Positions 52,522 through 63,882 of a stretch of DNA of 64,000 bases are shown one piece after another (the first letter of the stretch is position 1; every line of letters starts with the position of its first letter). The notes beneath the pieces were generated by a model. That model was not told where the DNA came from. It did not search any database and was given only the letters and a program-made list of their open reading frames with translations. A program made the translations under genes and the position numbers. The stretch lies in NCBI GenBank assembly GCA_009103225.1, contig RHPI01001010.1:153240-217239 (forward strand), read 5' to 3'. Origin of the DNA: Chlorokybus atmophyticus (lineage: Eukaryota > Plantae > Mesostigma and Chlorokybus algae).

Positions 52522-54899
52522 CCAAGTGGCAGCCCTGATGGCGCGCGTGGCACAGCTGGAGGAGAACAAAGAGCAGGACTATCAAGCCTGCTATGCTGCT
52601 AGGTGGGCACTGATGGCACCAAAACGGGATAGGGACACTCCCACGCCGTCACGCGTACCACCATCAAGACGTGCGCGCAGGGAAGCTGGCGCGTCGTCAA
52701 TGGCGGCATCGTCGGACGCCACAAGTGGTGCTGCTCCGGCAGCCACAACCACTGCTGGGACAACGCCGTCGACAACACCGTCGGCGTCCACACCGACCAC
52801 GACAGCAGGTGTCAGCACTTTTAGCACCACGCTGTCCCCGGTGATAAAAAGCACCCACGCCGCAACAACCATGGTCGTTGGGTTCGTGGGTGGTGAATCC
52901 ACCACTCCTGCCTCCATCGAAGCGACCACATCGGCCGCAAGTACTGCCACCCTCACAGCCGCCACCTCAATAACGACGACTGCTGGTGCCACCACCATCG
53001 CCTCTAGTAGTGCTGCCGCACCCACTGCACCACAAGCTGAGATTCGAACGGCACCGCCACCAGCGCTTGACGTCACACAGCAAGTGCCACGCGGACCACA
53101 AGCGGAACGCGCCTGGACGTCGGTTCTACGCAACGTGGAGCCCACCACCATTGCATACGGACCAGGGGGGCAACGCACCACGCGCGTGGCACGCGATGAT
53201 CGCATCTTGCCCCTACCACCTCCAGAGTACCACACACTGCCGGAACCCACACAACAGCAGCTGGAGGATGAAATCTCGCCGGCACTGCACCAGAGATGAG
53301 GGATCGTCTCTTCGGGGTCACCTACCGGCGACCTGCAGTATTAGAGCTGGCCATTCAGTGGCATTACACGCACGATTGCAGGGCGCACCCAGTCAAACGC
53401 GGCAACCCATGCCCGCTCAACAGATCGACTTCGAGCCCTCACTACTGGACCCACTCGGACTCCAGCGCCACAAAATATAAGACCTCGTGGTCACCATGTC
53501 GGACATCGCGCTGGGCACTGATCCCGCTCTCCGGGGACTCACTCCAGGCAGCCGTCAAGAGCGGTTCTCTACCCTCGAACAGGCACATCGTTATCAGGTG
53601 GACCAAGCTGCCCAAGTGGACGCGCGCCGACAGGCGTACGAAGCAGCACACGCCGTTATCATACCAACCATAGCTCCGGCAAATGTTGCCAGCGCCTCCA
53701 CGGCGCTGACCACAGGGTACTCCACGGCAGTCGCCATCGAACAGCCAAGACAAGCAACTGTTGCAGACCAAGCAAGGGTGTTGGCGCAACAATTGAGGGG
53801 GGTAATCGCCCCGCTGCTGCCTCCTTTGGTCGAAGACATGCCTGAGGATCAACGCGATGCAGGGCGAGGGTACCTCACCCCGCAAGGGGACACCACACAA
53901 CGAGGAGGAGCTGATATGGTGGGGGAGCAACAACTCCGTACCGCACTCATCCGGCAAGCAGTCATGTTGCATAGGCCTGAGGGCAACACATTAAGACAGA
54001 TGATGGGGATGCGAGAGGGCAGCGCCGCTCGAGCCCGTCTCGTGACATGGCTCTTTGCCAATCACCCTGCTGTCCCCCTGTTTGCCTTTGGCAACCGAGC
54101 ATCATGGTTGGGGGCATTCGTTCGTTCGCTGCGACAAGCATACGACAAGGCTGCCACCACCGCCCCGGACACGCTGGAGGGAGTGCAAGAGGCAATGCTG
54201 CGGCTGCCAGGGGTGGAAGCCGCACGACAACGGCTGCGCATCGCCATTGCTCATGAGCTACACGCACAGCAGACTGACCTCCAGCGCACCCTACGCGCGC
54301 GCGCCATGACCGTGCTCGATGTGGGAGTGGTACAAGGAAGGTGGGATGCGTACATGGCAGGGATCTTGCGAGTCCCCACCATCAACCACGACATGCGGCG
54401 ACAGCTACTACGCGCCGTATATCTGCAGCCCATGCCTCAAAATTGTCACTGGACCGACACGAAAACCAAGCCCACGGCCACGTGGGAAGGGACGTTGGTC
54501 AAAGAAGCGGCTCATGCTGTCCGATGGACGTACGCCGCGGAGCAAGCTGAACGCGAGGCAGGCCCACAAACATCGGGTCCGCCGGGGTTTCCTCCACAGC
54601 CATTGGGTACACCCGCGGGCATGATTCCATCTTCGCACAGGCGGCATCCACCTGCGCCGCCACCACAACCAGCGCCGGAACCTCGAGCACCGAGGCCCCC
54701 CCGTGTCTACCAACCACCACGACAAGGTCGGTTCGGCAGAGGGAGAGGGCAAGGAGGGGGTTCTCCGGACCCAGCAGGCAGAGGAGCTCTGGCTGCAATG
54801 CGCTCAGCACCCCAAGCTGAGAAAACTGAGGCAAAGGTACAAATAGCTCGTATGAAGAGGCTGCGTATCAACGCCAATGCTGCCATGGTGGCCAACCAA

Positions 54900-55270
54900 G
54901 GCAAGCACGTTACTATTAACGGCCTGGCACCCAAGCGAGTGATGTTGGACACCGGAGCACAGCCTGTCATCATCGGGCGCTTCCTCGCGCGGTCCCTCGG
55001 CATAACCAGTTCCGACTTGGTGCCTTGCCCGTACGTGTTGGGCACTGCCACAGGTAGCCGAGATAAGGTGATGGGAGTCACCAAGGAGGCCTTTTGCATT
55101 CGGTTGACAGGGCTGGACCCAACCCACACAACCGAGATCGTCCAGCAATGTGTGGTCACCAATGCCGGCTCCTTCAACTTTCTGCTTGGGCAGGACTTCA
55201 ACTTCCCTGTGGGCATGGGCCTTGACTGCTGGACAAAGCAGGCGTGGTTTCGGCCACATTGGGATGAGGA
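54900..55270 (+). pseudogene. Retropepsin-like aspartic protease domain
   Basis: VTINGLAPKRVMLDTGAQPVIIG (DTG at 54948-54956) and FNFLLGQDF, the usual C-terminal LLG motif. Confidence 0.85.
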
Positions 55271-55679
55271 TAACGGAGAGGTGCAGGGTTTCCTGCCTCT
55301 CGAGTTGGTCTCGCGCACGCGCGCCCAACGCAAAGTGGCTGCCGTGGCCACACGCAGCCACGCCCGCACACGGGAGGCTGCAACGGCCACATACGACGGC
55401 GCTCGGACGCAAGTCGCTGCTGGTGCCACGGCCCCGTGTCGAATCGTCGACTCCTCTCCCACCCTGTACAACGAGGAGCAGGAGGATGCCACCGTGGAAG
55501 TAGCATTACAAGACCCAACTGAACGGCGCTGGCGGGCACAGGTGGACGCACACGTCTTGCTCAGCCATCCTCTGATCACCACGCGCTTCCCCAACTACCG
55601 AAGCCACAACAAGGTGCAGGACCACTATATGGTGGCCACCAGAGTGGTGGAGTTCCACACCTTTTGCAGGCAACAAGGC

Positions 55680-56640
55680 ATCACAGTGTTGGAGCTATCT
55701 AAAGGCATTGGCAGTGGTCTTGCCGCGGTCCTCAACACGGGTGTGAAGGTTGTCAAATACTATTACTGCGACCCAGACCCACACGCGTAAACGGTCCTCA
55801 AGCACCACATACGCCAACTGCACGAAAGGTATTCACGTCAACTACCCCTCTCGGCGTTGCAAGGCAGCCTCAAAGCATTGCCACAAGACATCCGGCTGAT
55901 CACCGAAGATTACCTACTGTCCCTCGGCAACGTCGACCTATTAATAGCCGGGTGGGAATGCCAAGGGCACTCAAGGGCAGGCAAGGGGCAAGGCCTCAAA
56001 AACCCTCGCTCCGGGCTGTTTTGGGAGCTGATGAGAATCATCCACCTCCTTCAACACCACCAGATCTCCAGACCCCTGGGGTACGTCATCGAAAATGTGC
56101 ATTCAGAGGACGACAAGCGTCCACACGTGGCCTCCAGCTACCGACAAGTTCGCTCAATTCTGGGGCACCCACTCAAAGTGAACGCGGCACGACATGGCTC
56201 GCGCGCACATCGTGTACGTGCCAAGTGGACAAACTTGGCCACCGTGGAGGAACTCATGTCCGCAGAATACACGCGCAGCGCTCGGCCGCGCAACCAACTG
56301 GTCGATGATCATTGACCCCGGCCGCAAAGCACAACCTGTCCTCCGTCATGACCACAACCACTTCTACCCGTGCAATCAGCCCGGTCAGCCCCGTCGCGCA
56401 CTCCCCACATTGGTGTCCTACCTGGGCTTCTACGCATTCCAGAACGGTGGAGACGGGATGGTGTTTGATGCGACCACCAGCAGGCTGGAGGAACCCAACG
56501 CACGCGAACGTGAACGCGCCATGGGATTCTTCCCCAACAGCATCACGGGTTCATCGCTGACAGATAGTCAGCAATGCCAGCTGCTTGGCCGCGCCATGGA
56601 TCAGAACAGCATGGTATGGCTGCTGGAGCTGAGCTTTGCA
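55680..56640 (+). pseudogene. C5 cytosine DNA methyltransferase domain inside pol
   Basis: Motif I VLELSKGIGSG (~55687), motif IV LLIAGWECQGHS (catalytic Cys 55959-55961), RSGLFWE, motif VI VIENV (56091), motif VIII AHRVRAKWTN, motif IX EPNARERERAMGF, motif X QLLGRAMD. Interrupted by TAA at 55788 and a frameshift near 56305. Confidence 0.88.
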
Positions 56641-56959
56641 TTGCAGGACCGCCACGTGTCCTTCGAGGATCTCGAACACTTGGCTGGGGGGTGGGCAAAT
56701 CGCGTAGCCGACACCAAGGCAGCTCACACAGCCCTCGAGGTGGTCCACATGGAGGAGCAAGCAGCAGTGACAGTGGAGGACACTTTCCGTGGTTGCCAAT
56801 GCAACCTCCTGGGATCATGCCATTGGCCCGTTGGCCACAGAAGACACTCGAGAGAAGCTGGAGGCTCTCCTCAACAAATGGAGGAGCCAATTCAGCTTCA
56901 ATGTGAAGGAATTGGGTACATGCTTAGTGTACCAGATGGACATCGAGCTGGTGGACACT

Positions 56960-58215
56960 GAGCCGGTGTTCCGGCGGCAATACAGGCTCTCCAAGTAGGA
57001 AGAGAACCTGGTGGAACATAGATGTAAGGCGCTGCTTGATGCAGGCCTTATCGACGAGTCATTATCGAACGTCGCAGCGGCAACCGTCATGCCACTGAAG
57101 AAGGATTCTGCAGGCAACTTGACAGAGCGACGCATGTGTGGCGACTATCGCCCCCTCAACAACAAGACCAAGCAAGACAGGTACCCCATGCCCACAGCAG
57201 AGGGTATGTTTGATGATGTGGGAGACTGCGCAGTCTTCAGCATCCTGGACATGCGTCAAGGGTACAAACAAATCGCCATTAAGGACGAGGACAAGCACAA
57301 GACCTCCTTCTGGGGCAACCAACAGTTGTACCAATGGAAGGTAATGCCGTTCGTGCTAAAGAATTCCCCCGCCAAGTTTCAACGCGTCATGGACAAGGCC
57401 TTGAAGGGGCTGAACTGCGCGCAGTGCTACATCGATGACATCCTCATCTTCAGCCGCAGCAACGAAAAGCATCTTCAGCACATCGAAGCGATGCTGGAAC
57501 GTCTCGAGGGAGTGGGGATGACCGTACACCCCGACAAGTGTACCTTCTTCACCCACAAGGTGCCGTACTTAAGGCACATGATTGTGCCCCCTGGTGTGTA
57601 TGTGCAGCAGGCAAAAGTAGAGGCTCTGGCAGCTATCCCCGCCTCGACAGACCTCACACGTCAGCGCGCTTTCTTGGGACTTGCCAACTACTATTGCCGG
57701 TTCGTGAAGGACTTCGCGAAGGGCGCAAGGCCCCTCAACGAGCTACTGAAGAAGGAGGTGGAGTTCGCATGGAAGGAGCCGCAACAGCAGGCCTTCGAGG
57801 AGCTGAAGAGCAGGCTCACCACCGCTCCCATCCTTCAACGTCTGGACTACGCCAAGCCCTTTCATCCTTCACACCGACTGGAGCAAGCTGGGGATGAGAG
57901 CGGTGCTGGTGCAGCACGATGAGAACAAGAAGGAGCGGGTGGTGTCATACGCCAGCCGAAGCAACAACAGCGCCGAGGCCAACTACAGCAGCTACGAAGG
58001 GGAGTGCCTCGCTGCAGTGTGGGCCATCTCCTTCTTCCGACCCTTCCTCTTTGGTCGGCAGTTCAACTGATCACCGATCATCAGCCTCTAGTGGCTGATG
58101 ACCAACCAACATCTGACAGGGAAACTTGCTCGATGGGCCCTGCTGTTGCAGGAATACGACTTCGAGATCGACCATCGCGCTGGCCTCACCAACCAAGACG
58201 CCGATGGCCTCAGTC
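56960..58215 (+). pseudogene. Reverse transcriptase and RNase H (Ty3/Gypsy type)
   Basis: RMCGDYRPLN, FSILDMRQGYKQI, VMPFVLKNSPAKFQR, YIDDILIFS (57428), FLGLANYY. RNase H: ILHTDWS, VVSYASRSNNSAEANYSSYEGECLAAVWA, TDHQPL, LARWALLLQEYDFEIDHRAG, DADGLS. One stop (56996) and frameshifts (~57865, ~58070-58095). Confidence 0.95.
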
Positions 58216-58954
58216 ACAACCCTCACCTCAGCACCGACGACGCAACTGGAGCTCGGCATGAGCTCGTCCCTGCAGCAACAGCCCCCACTATGGCAGCCAT
58301 GTTTGCTGCTGCCGCATTGCGCTCAAGGCGCAAGACCAACACCACGGTATTAGCAGTGGCAGAGAAAATTCCTGCCCTTGAGCCTACCGGCCGTGCGGCA
58401 ACCACACCCTTGGGAGACACCCACGCAGCCGACATTGACGTCGATAACACAGAGCTGGCGCCCACTGACACCAGGCAGGACATGTTGAGATTTGGACACT
58501 ACTGACCATGCATGGAGTTGGTACAAGCACAAGTACACACACTCTACCAGAGCATACACACAAGGCTGATCCAAAAGGCTTTCTAAGGATTACAACAAAG
58601 TCATACCGCGGGCTTTTATACCCTCCAGTTCTGCACTTGTCTACTCTAGAAGCCACCACGACTTTTACACTCAACCGATTCCTGCGCTCTAAGTTGCACC
58701 ACGTAGGTACTTTTAAGAGCTTTCCAACAAGCTATAACACGCGCCATACAATGACGTAACCACCGAGCTACAACGTTTCTTCTACAGCGCCTAGAAGTCT
58801 CCAGACTCCGGACTCGACTCCGCGCCTGAAACCTTCTCGACTAAAGTCCTCGCCTGGACCTTTCTCGACTGGAACCTTCTCGCGCTTGAATCTTCTCGAG
58901 GCGATTCTTATCCACAGGGCAAGCTGACCGGATACAAAAATATCCTCAACAGGA

Positions 58955-60417
58955 CATATGGCAGGACAAGCCATCACTCTCCTTTTCTCAAAGTGACCAG
59001 CTTCCCTCCGGCATGAGCGCCCGAGAGAAGGACCGAGTCAACCAATGCACCCGTCACTATCGATGGGCAGGTGACAAGCTGTATCGCCGCTTCCACGACA
59101 AAAACAAGGAAGTGCCGACACCGGTCACGCGCGAGGGCATCATCACTTCCCTCCACACTGAGCTTGGACACTTCGGTGTCAAGCGTACAGTCAGCCTAGT
59201 GAGGGCACAATATTGGTGGTATGGGTTAACAAAACAGGTGCAGGGGTTCGTCAGCCACTGCCAGCAGTGTGACATGGTGCGCGCCAGCCTCAACACGCGT
59301 AGCGCCACCTTGCACCCACTCCCCATCTCCGGTCTCTTTTACCGATGGGGGCTCGACATCTTGGGGGACTTGGCACCTTCAGCGCGTGGCAACCGTTACA
59401 TCCTGGTCACGATCGAGCACTTCTCCAAATGGGTGGAGCTGGTACCGTTACCTGACAAGAGCAGCAGGGGGGTGTCTCAAGCCTTCCTCTCTCACGTTCT
59501 CAGCCGATTTGGCAGCTGCGCCGAGGTCATCACTGACCAAGGTACTGAGTTCAGAGGGGAATTCGACACCCTCTTGGACAAATGTTACATCGACCACCGC
59601 CGTACCTCGCGTGATCACCCTCAAGCCGACGGTCCCGCCGAGCGTACAGTGCAGACCATCAAGAAGGCACTCCGCAAGTACGTGCTGGAGTACGAGAAGA
59701 ACACTTGGGTTGACCACCTCCCGTGGGTGGCCCTCGGATATCGATTGTCAAAGCAGGCGGCTCTGCGGGAGTACAGCCCGTACTACCTGCTGTTCGGGCG
59801 ACCACCATTGCTCCCCTTCCGTGCGCAGCAGGAGGTGGATCGCGTCGTGAACGACCTCGACGACCTTGACGTGGATGCACCACGACATCACCACGCGCGC
59901 CGCGCTTTTCGAGCGCACCGTCCCCATGGCCTTCAACAACCTGCGCATCGCGCAGCATCGCGACACGCTGCGCTACAAGCGCGTACGCAGCGGCTTGTAC
60001 AAGGAGCGCCAACGGCGGTTCCAAGCGGGGGACTTTGCCTATCGCATGGCAGCCACCAAAGACACGCTTGACACCTCCGTAGGCCGCACCGTCTACAAGG
60101 TACTCAAAGTGTACCCCACAGGGGTGCTGGACCTCCTTGGTCAAAACGGAGAGAGTTTGAAGGACAACATGGTGAACTGTGCGCCATGTCACCTTCCTTA
60201 CGTAGCCGGCTTCGGGCGTATCCATCACCCTCGTCCCGCGCGCAGCACACGCTGTGAACGCTGCGGCAGCGCCGGCGACGACGTACTCATAATGCTCTGC
60301 GATGGCTGCAACAAGGGCCTGCATTGCTACTGCCTGGAGCCACCTTTGGACGCGATACCTATGGAGGAGTGTTGGTGCGACGATTGCCGTACCAACGGCC
60401 CTCCTCACTTGCGCTAG
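58955..60417 (+). pseudogene. Integrase (HHCC zinc finger plus DDE core) with a C-terminal PHD finger
   Basis: HTELGHFG...CQQC; WGLDILG, IEHFSKWVE, ITDQGTEF, HPQADGPAERTVQTIK. Frameshift ~59870. NCAPCHLP, then a Cys4-His-Cys3 PHD: CERCGSAGDDVLIMLCDGCNKGLHCYCLEPPLDAIPMEECWCDDC (60253-60387). Confidence 0.92.
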
Positions 60418-60483
60418 CAGCTGAGCTCTGGAGCTGGAACCTCCCCCAGAGCCCAGGGGGGGTGGCTTGTTGACTNGGTGGCT

Positions 60484-60965
60484 AATTGACTTTGTGTGCT
60501 ACAGCACAGCATGTACACTAGGGAGAACACCGACTCCACCTGCCCGTACTACCCAGCAGCATCAGACCAGCTGCACAAAGCACTTGTCACCATGAGGGTT
60601 GGGGTCATCTTTTGTTTTTGCTGCGCGTTACACAGGTGGCGCAGCAGCATGTCCAGCAAGCATGGCTGTCCATGCAGCTGTCCGAGACAGCGTGACCCTC
60701 GACTCCCCTCGACCCGACAGCAGGCTTGTTGACTTTGTGTGCTACAGCACAGCATGTACACTAGGGAGAACACTGACTCCACCTGCCCGTACTACCCAGC
60801 AGCATCAGACCAGCTGCACAAAGCACTTGTCACCATGAGGGTTGGGGTCATCTTTTGTTTTTGCTGTGCGTTACACAGGTGGCGCAGCAGCATGTCCACC
60901 AAGCATGGCTGTCCATGCAGCTGTCCGAGACAGCGTGACCCTCGACTCCCCTCGACCCGACAACA
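60484..60965 (+). repeat. Two tandem, slightly diverged ~239-bp LTR-like units separated by GGCT
   Basis: Period 243 bp. Unit 2 (60727-60965) has TGTTG...CAACA termini; unit 1 (60484-60722) has TAATTG...CAGCA. At least 4 internal or terminal substitutions distinguish them. Follows the PPT and an N at 60476. Confidence 0.75.
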
Positions 60966-63199
60966 CTGTCTACGTAGACAGTGATCAATACATATACGCA
61001 TTCGGTGCAAAAACTTAACCATGAAGTGGCTTGACCGTCTAATAATAAGGGTCCAATAATAAGGGTGGAGTAAGGTAAGTCATGACACAAAAGGGGGAAA
61101 CCCGAGTCTGGATGCCAAAGTCAAGAGAAATTTGCGTCGCGACGCAAAACCCGGCAAAGACATGCCGCGTTAGGACATTGAACGACATGAGATGTGCTAT
61201 AGTTATATAAATCATGTAAGGTGGGGAACGCGATCAGAGGTAATCTCAATTTTCTAAGCTACTCACCGCGTCTCTGCTCAGTTGTTTCGCGCCAACAGCG
61301 TTTTGCATCACTGTCGACTGGTTTTGTCGACGTTGACGTGCCCGCTCACGTGAACCAGCCATGTCAAACGATGCTTAACTACCAGTATGTTGCAATTAAC
61401 GGGGCTGGCGTTATGTCACATTGTCACTATGCTTGGTGACACTTCATATGCTTTGCATGTTGGTGTATAATGTAGCACACACTAATTGTTACATGTGTTA
61501 ATGTGAATGTGAAGTCCCAAATACCTGCACAGCATTACTTTTGCATGCATATACACTTTTGCACTGTGCACTTTCCCATCTCATCTTCTACAATTGCACG
61601 CATTTGCAATACACATAGCTTGATGGGTAATAAGGTATGTGTGTGTAAGCTATTCGTCCCCGGTCAAATTGTAGCGTTGACATGCCTTGTTGCTTGTTCA
61701 CATGCATGTGTTGATGCGTGTGGCTTGCGAAATACAACTTATATATTTCTTATATTGTATACATTTACTTGAAATACACAAGACGATTGCAAGCACACAT
61801 ACATTTCCAACTCAAAGTAACATGGATGGAAAAAATGGGATGCAATATATGCGTACGTTGACGAAAACTAAACCACTTATTCAAAAAGAGCTAAGTCATT
61901 GCATTGGATTGAAGGGCACTCACTGCCAATGTCAACTACTGCACGCGTGCGTGCATGTACATGCACGCACGCATGCATTGCATGTACAGTCTATCCTTGA
62001 TAAGTGCATACCATCGGGAACACCTCGTTCTATGCACTTATCGCGGATATGCACTTACATTGTCTTATACTACCAACATTGGTGTCTGGCAAAACCATGC
62101 ACTTATCGCGGATATGCACTTGTTGAATATGCAGTTATCAAGGTTAGACTGTAGCTGTGTTTGGGTCGGTCTTAACGCTTGACGCTTGCGGGCCATGCAG
62201 GGTCATTCCACGGAGCCCGCGGACCATATAGTCCGTACCCCGCGGACTATGAGTGCCTTGTCCGTATACGTACCATCCATACCCAAAGCGTCTCTAGAGA
62301 CGGTGTGGTATGTGTGGCCGAGACGCTCAGCGTCTCTGCTGGTCGGCATAGCTTAGGCACGTTATAAGTCCCTAACCTAACTGGCCTCTATCACCGGTAG
62401 GAATGGGTTTCGGCGAATCAGGTTGGATTCGCAACTTTGCAATGGACGAAACCGGACATGATTTGCGGATTTCGCAAAGTTTAAGACGGATCCGTACATA
62501 TGTAGCTGCAGCCCGAATTTAATTGCGACCTGTCACATACGGCAATTCGCCGGTGATGATCATAAAGACCGGATCCCCAACAACATTAAGGATTCGGTGT
62601 TTACGTAGTCAAGGGTTCAGGCAGTGAGAAAGCCTTGTATAAATCGCAATAACAGTTGTGACCAATTCGTTAACAGTGCGTCTTTACTCCTGAACGCAAT
62701 TGAGGACTCGACAATAACATTATAATGCATTCAGGTTGCATGCTAAAGCTGTACACATCATCATTAAAATTGCGACCGGTTCCATCAACGATACGAGACT
62801 TCATACTCAACAACTCGGAACGCTAAGATCGATCCTTCCATTGTTACAACCATAATAATTTTACGACCACATCATTGCTAAATTGCCGGTTCAACCTCGC
62901 GGCCTATTGATGGCTTGCCCTGCGGCCTGCTAGTAGCAGGACGCGGGGCAAGCAAGTAGAAGGCTGCGACTTGCATGTATAATCATTGGTAAACCATGGT
63001 AGCACATGAGGTAAATATGTAAAGACTTGACCAGAACTCCACAACCAACCTTGCGCCAGCAGGTGACGCAGGGCGTATAATGCAAACATTTGCCGGTGAT
63101 CTCGCGCTGTGATTCGACAAAACGGCCTGTCAAACAAAGTCTCTTTCCCTACGTCACCTTTATAGTGGTACAATCCACCTTCACCTTTATCTTTTAAAT

Positions 63200-63340
63200 A
63201 CAAGTGGTATATATATGTAAATACCGCGGTGTATATATGTATATATATATGTATATACAAGAATACATTTATATGTATGACTTATATATGTATATAAAAT
63301 ATATATATGTATGTGTATATATATGTGTATATATACATAT
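63200..63340. repeat. (TA)n/(TATG)n microsatellite
   Basis: Directly visible. Confidence 0.85.
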
Positions 63341-63882
63341 ACCGGTAGTGCCGTTGTATGCAGCTGTTGGTGCATGCGTGAGGCAATTTGAGGCAGCTAG
63401 TATTGGATATATCCTGTACATACGCGATATGAGTTTCGTGGCGTCGTAGTCTAGCTGGTCGGTTGTTAGGTTGTGTGATGTTGCTTGCTAATCCACTGTC
63501 TCGCAGGTTCGAAACTCGACAATGGAGTTACGAAAACTCGTGTACTGTGTCTTTTGATTTTTCGTCGCGAACTGCGGCCATAACATATCTGGTTAGATTA
63601 CGCAATAAGATTAATCTCCTTAATACATGATTTAACCAAAAATTACTTTGGGATGTGGCTATTATTAAGTTCAAGAAAAGACGGATACCAAACTTAATGC
63701 ACTCCAGCTAGTTGACCTTAATAGCAGCTCGATACCAAACAAAGTTGTGGCTGCAGCCGTAAAGAGTGCAAAAATGGATATATTGCTTGCATATGAATCC
63801 CTAATTATGTTATAGTTGGATCCAATTATATTGTGGGCAAGGCCACTGTTGGGGGGCTTTTTCTACCGGTGCTATATCAGTT

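Larger units (their letters stand above)
50567..60965 (+). mobile_element. Ty3/Gypsy LTR retrotransposon carrying a C5 DNA methyltransferase and a PHD finger; decayed copy, LTR pair not fully resolved
   Basis: Domain order gag (2 CCHC) - unassigned region - aspartic protease - DNMT - RT - RNase H - integrase - PHD, followed by a G-rich polypurine tract (60455-60462). The same GTGGCTTGTTGACT motif occurs at 50566 and 60462. RT-RH-IN order defines Ty3/Gypsy. Confidence 0.93.

Noticed and set aside
52591-55594. Long antisense ORFs over gag/pol (219, 295 and 202 aa)
   Set aside because: Expected shadows of GC-rich sense coding sequence; no independent motifs.
60496-61022. Duplicated ~78-aa ORFs in the 243-bp units
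   Set aside because: Incidental frames in LTR-like repeats.
62030-62125. Direct repeat TGCACTTATCGCGGATATGCACTT (2 copies)
   Set aside because: Short local duplication with no supporting context.
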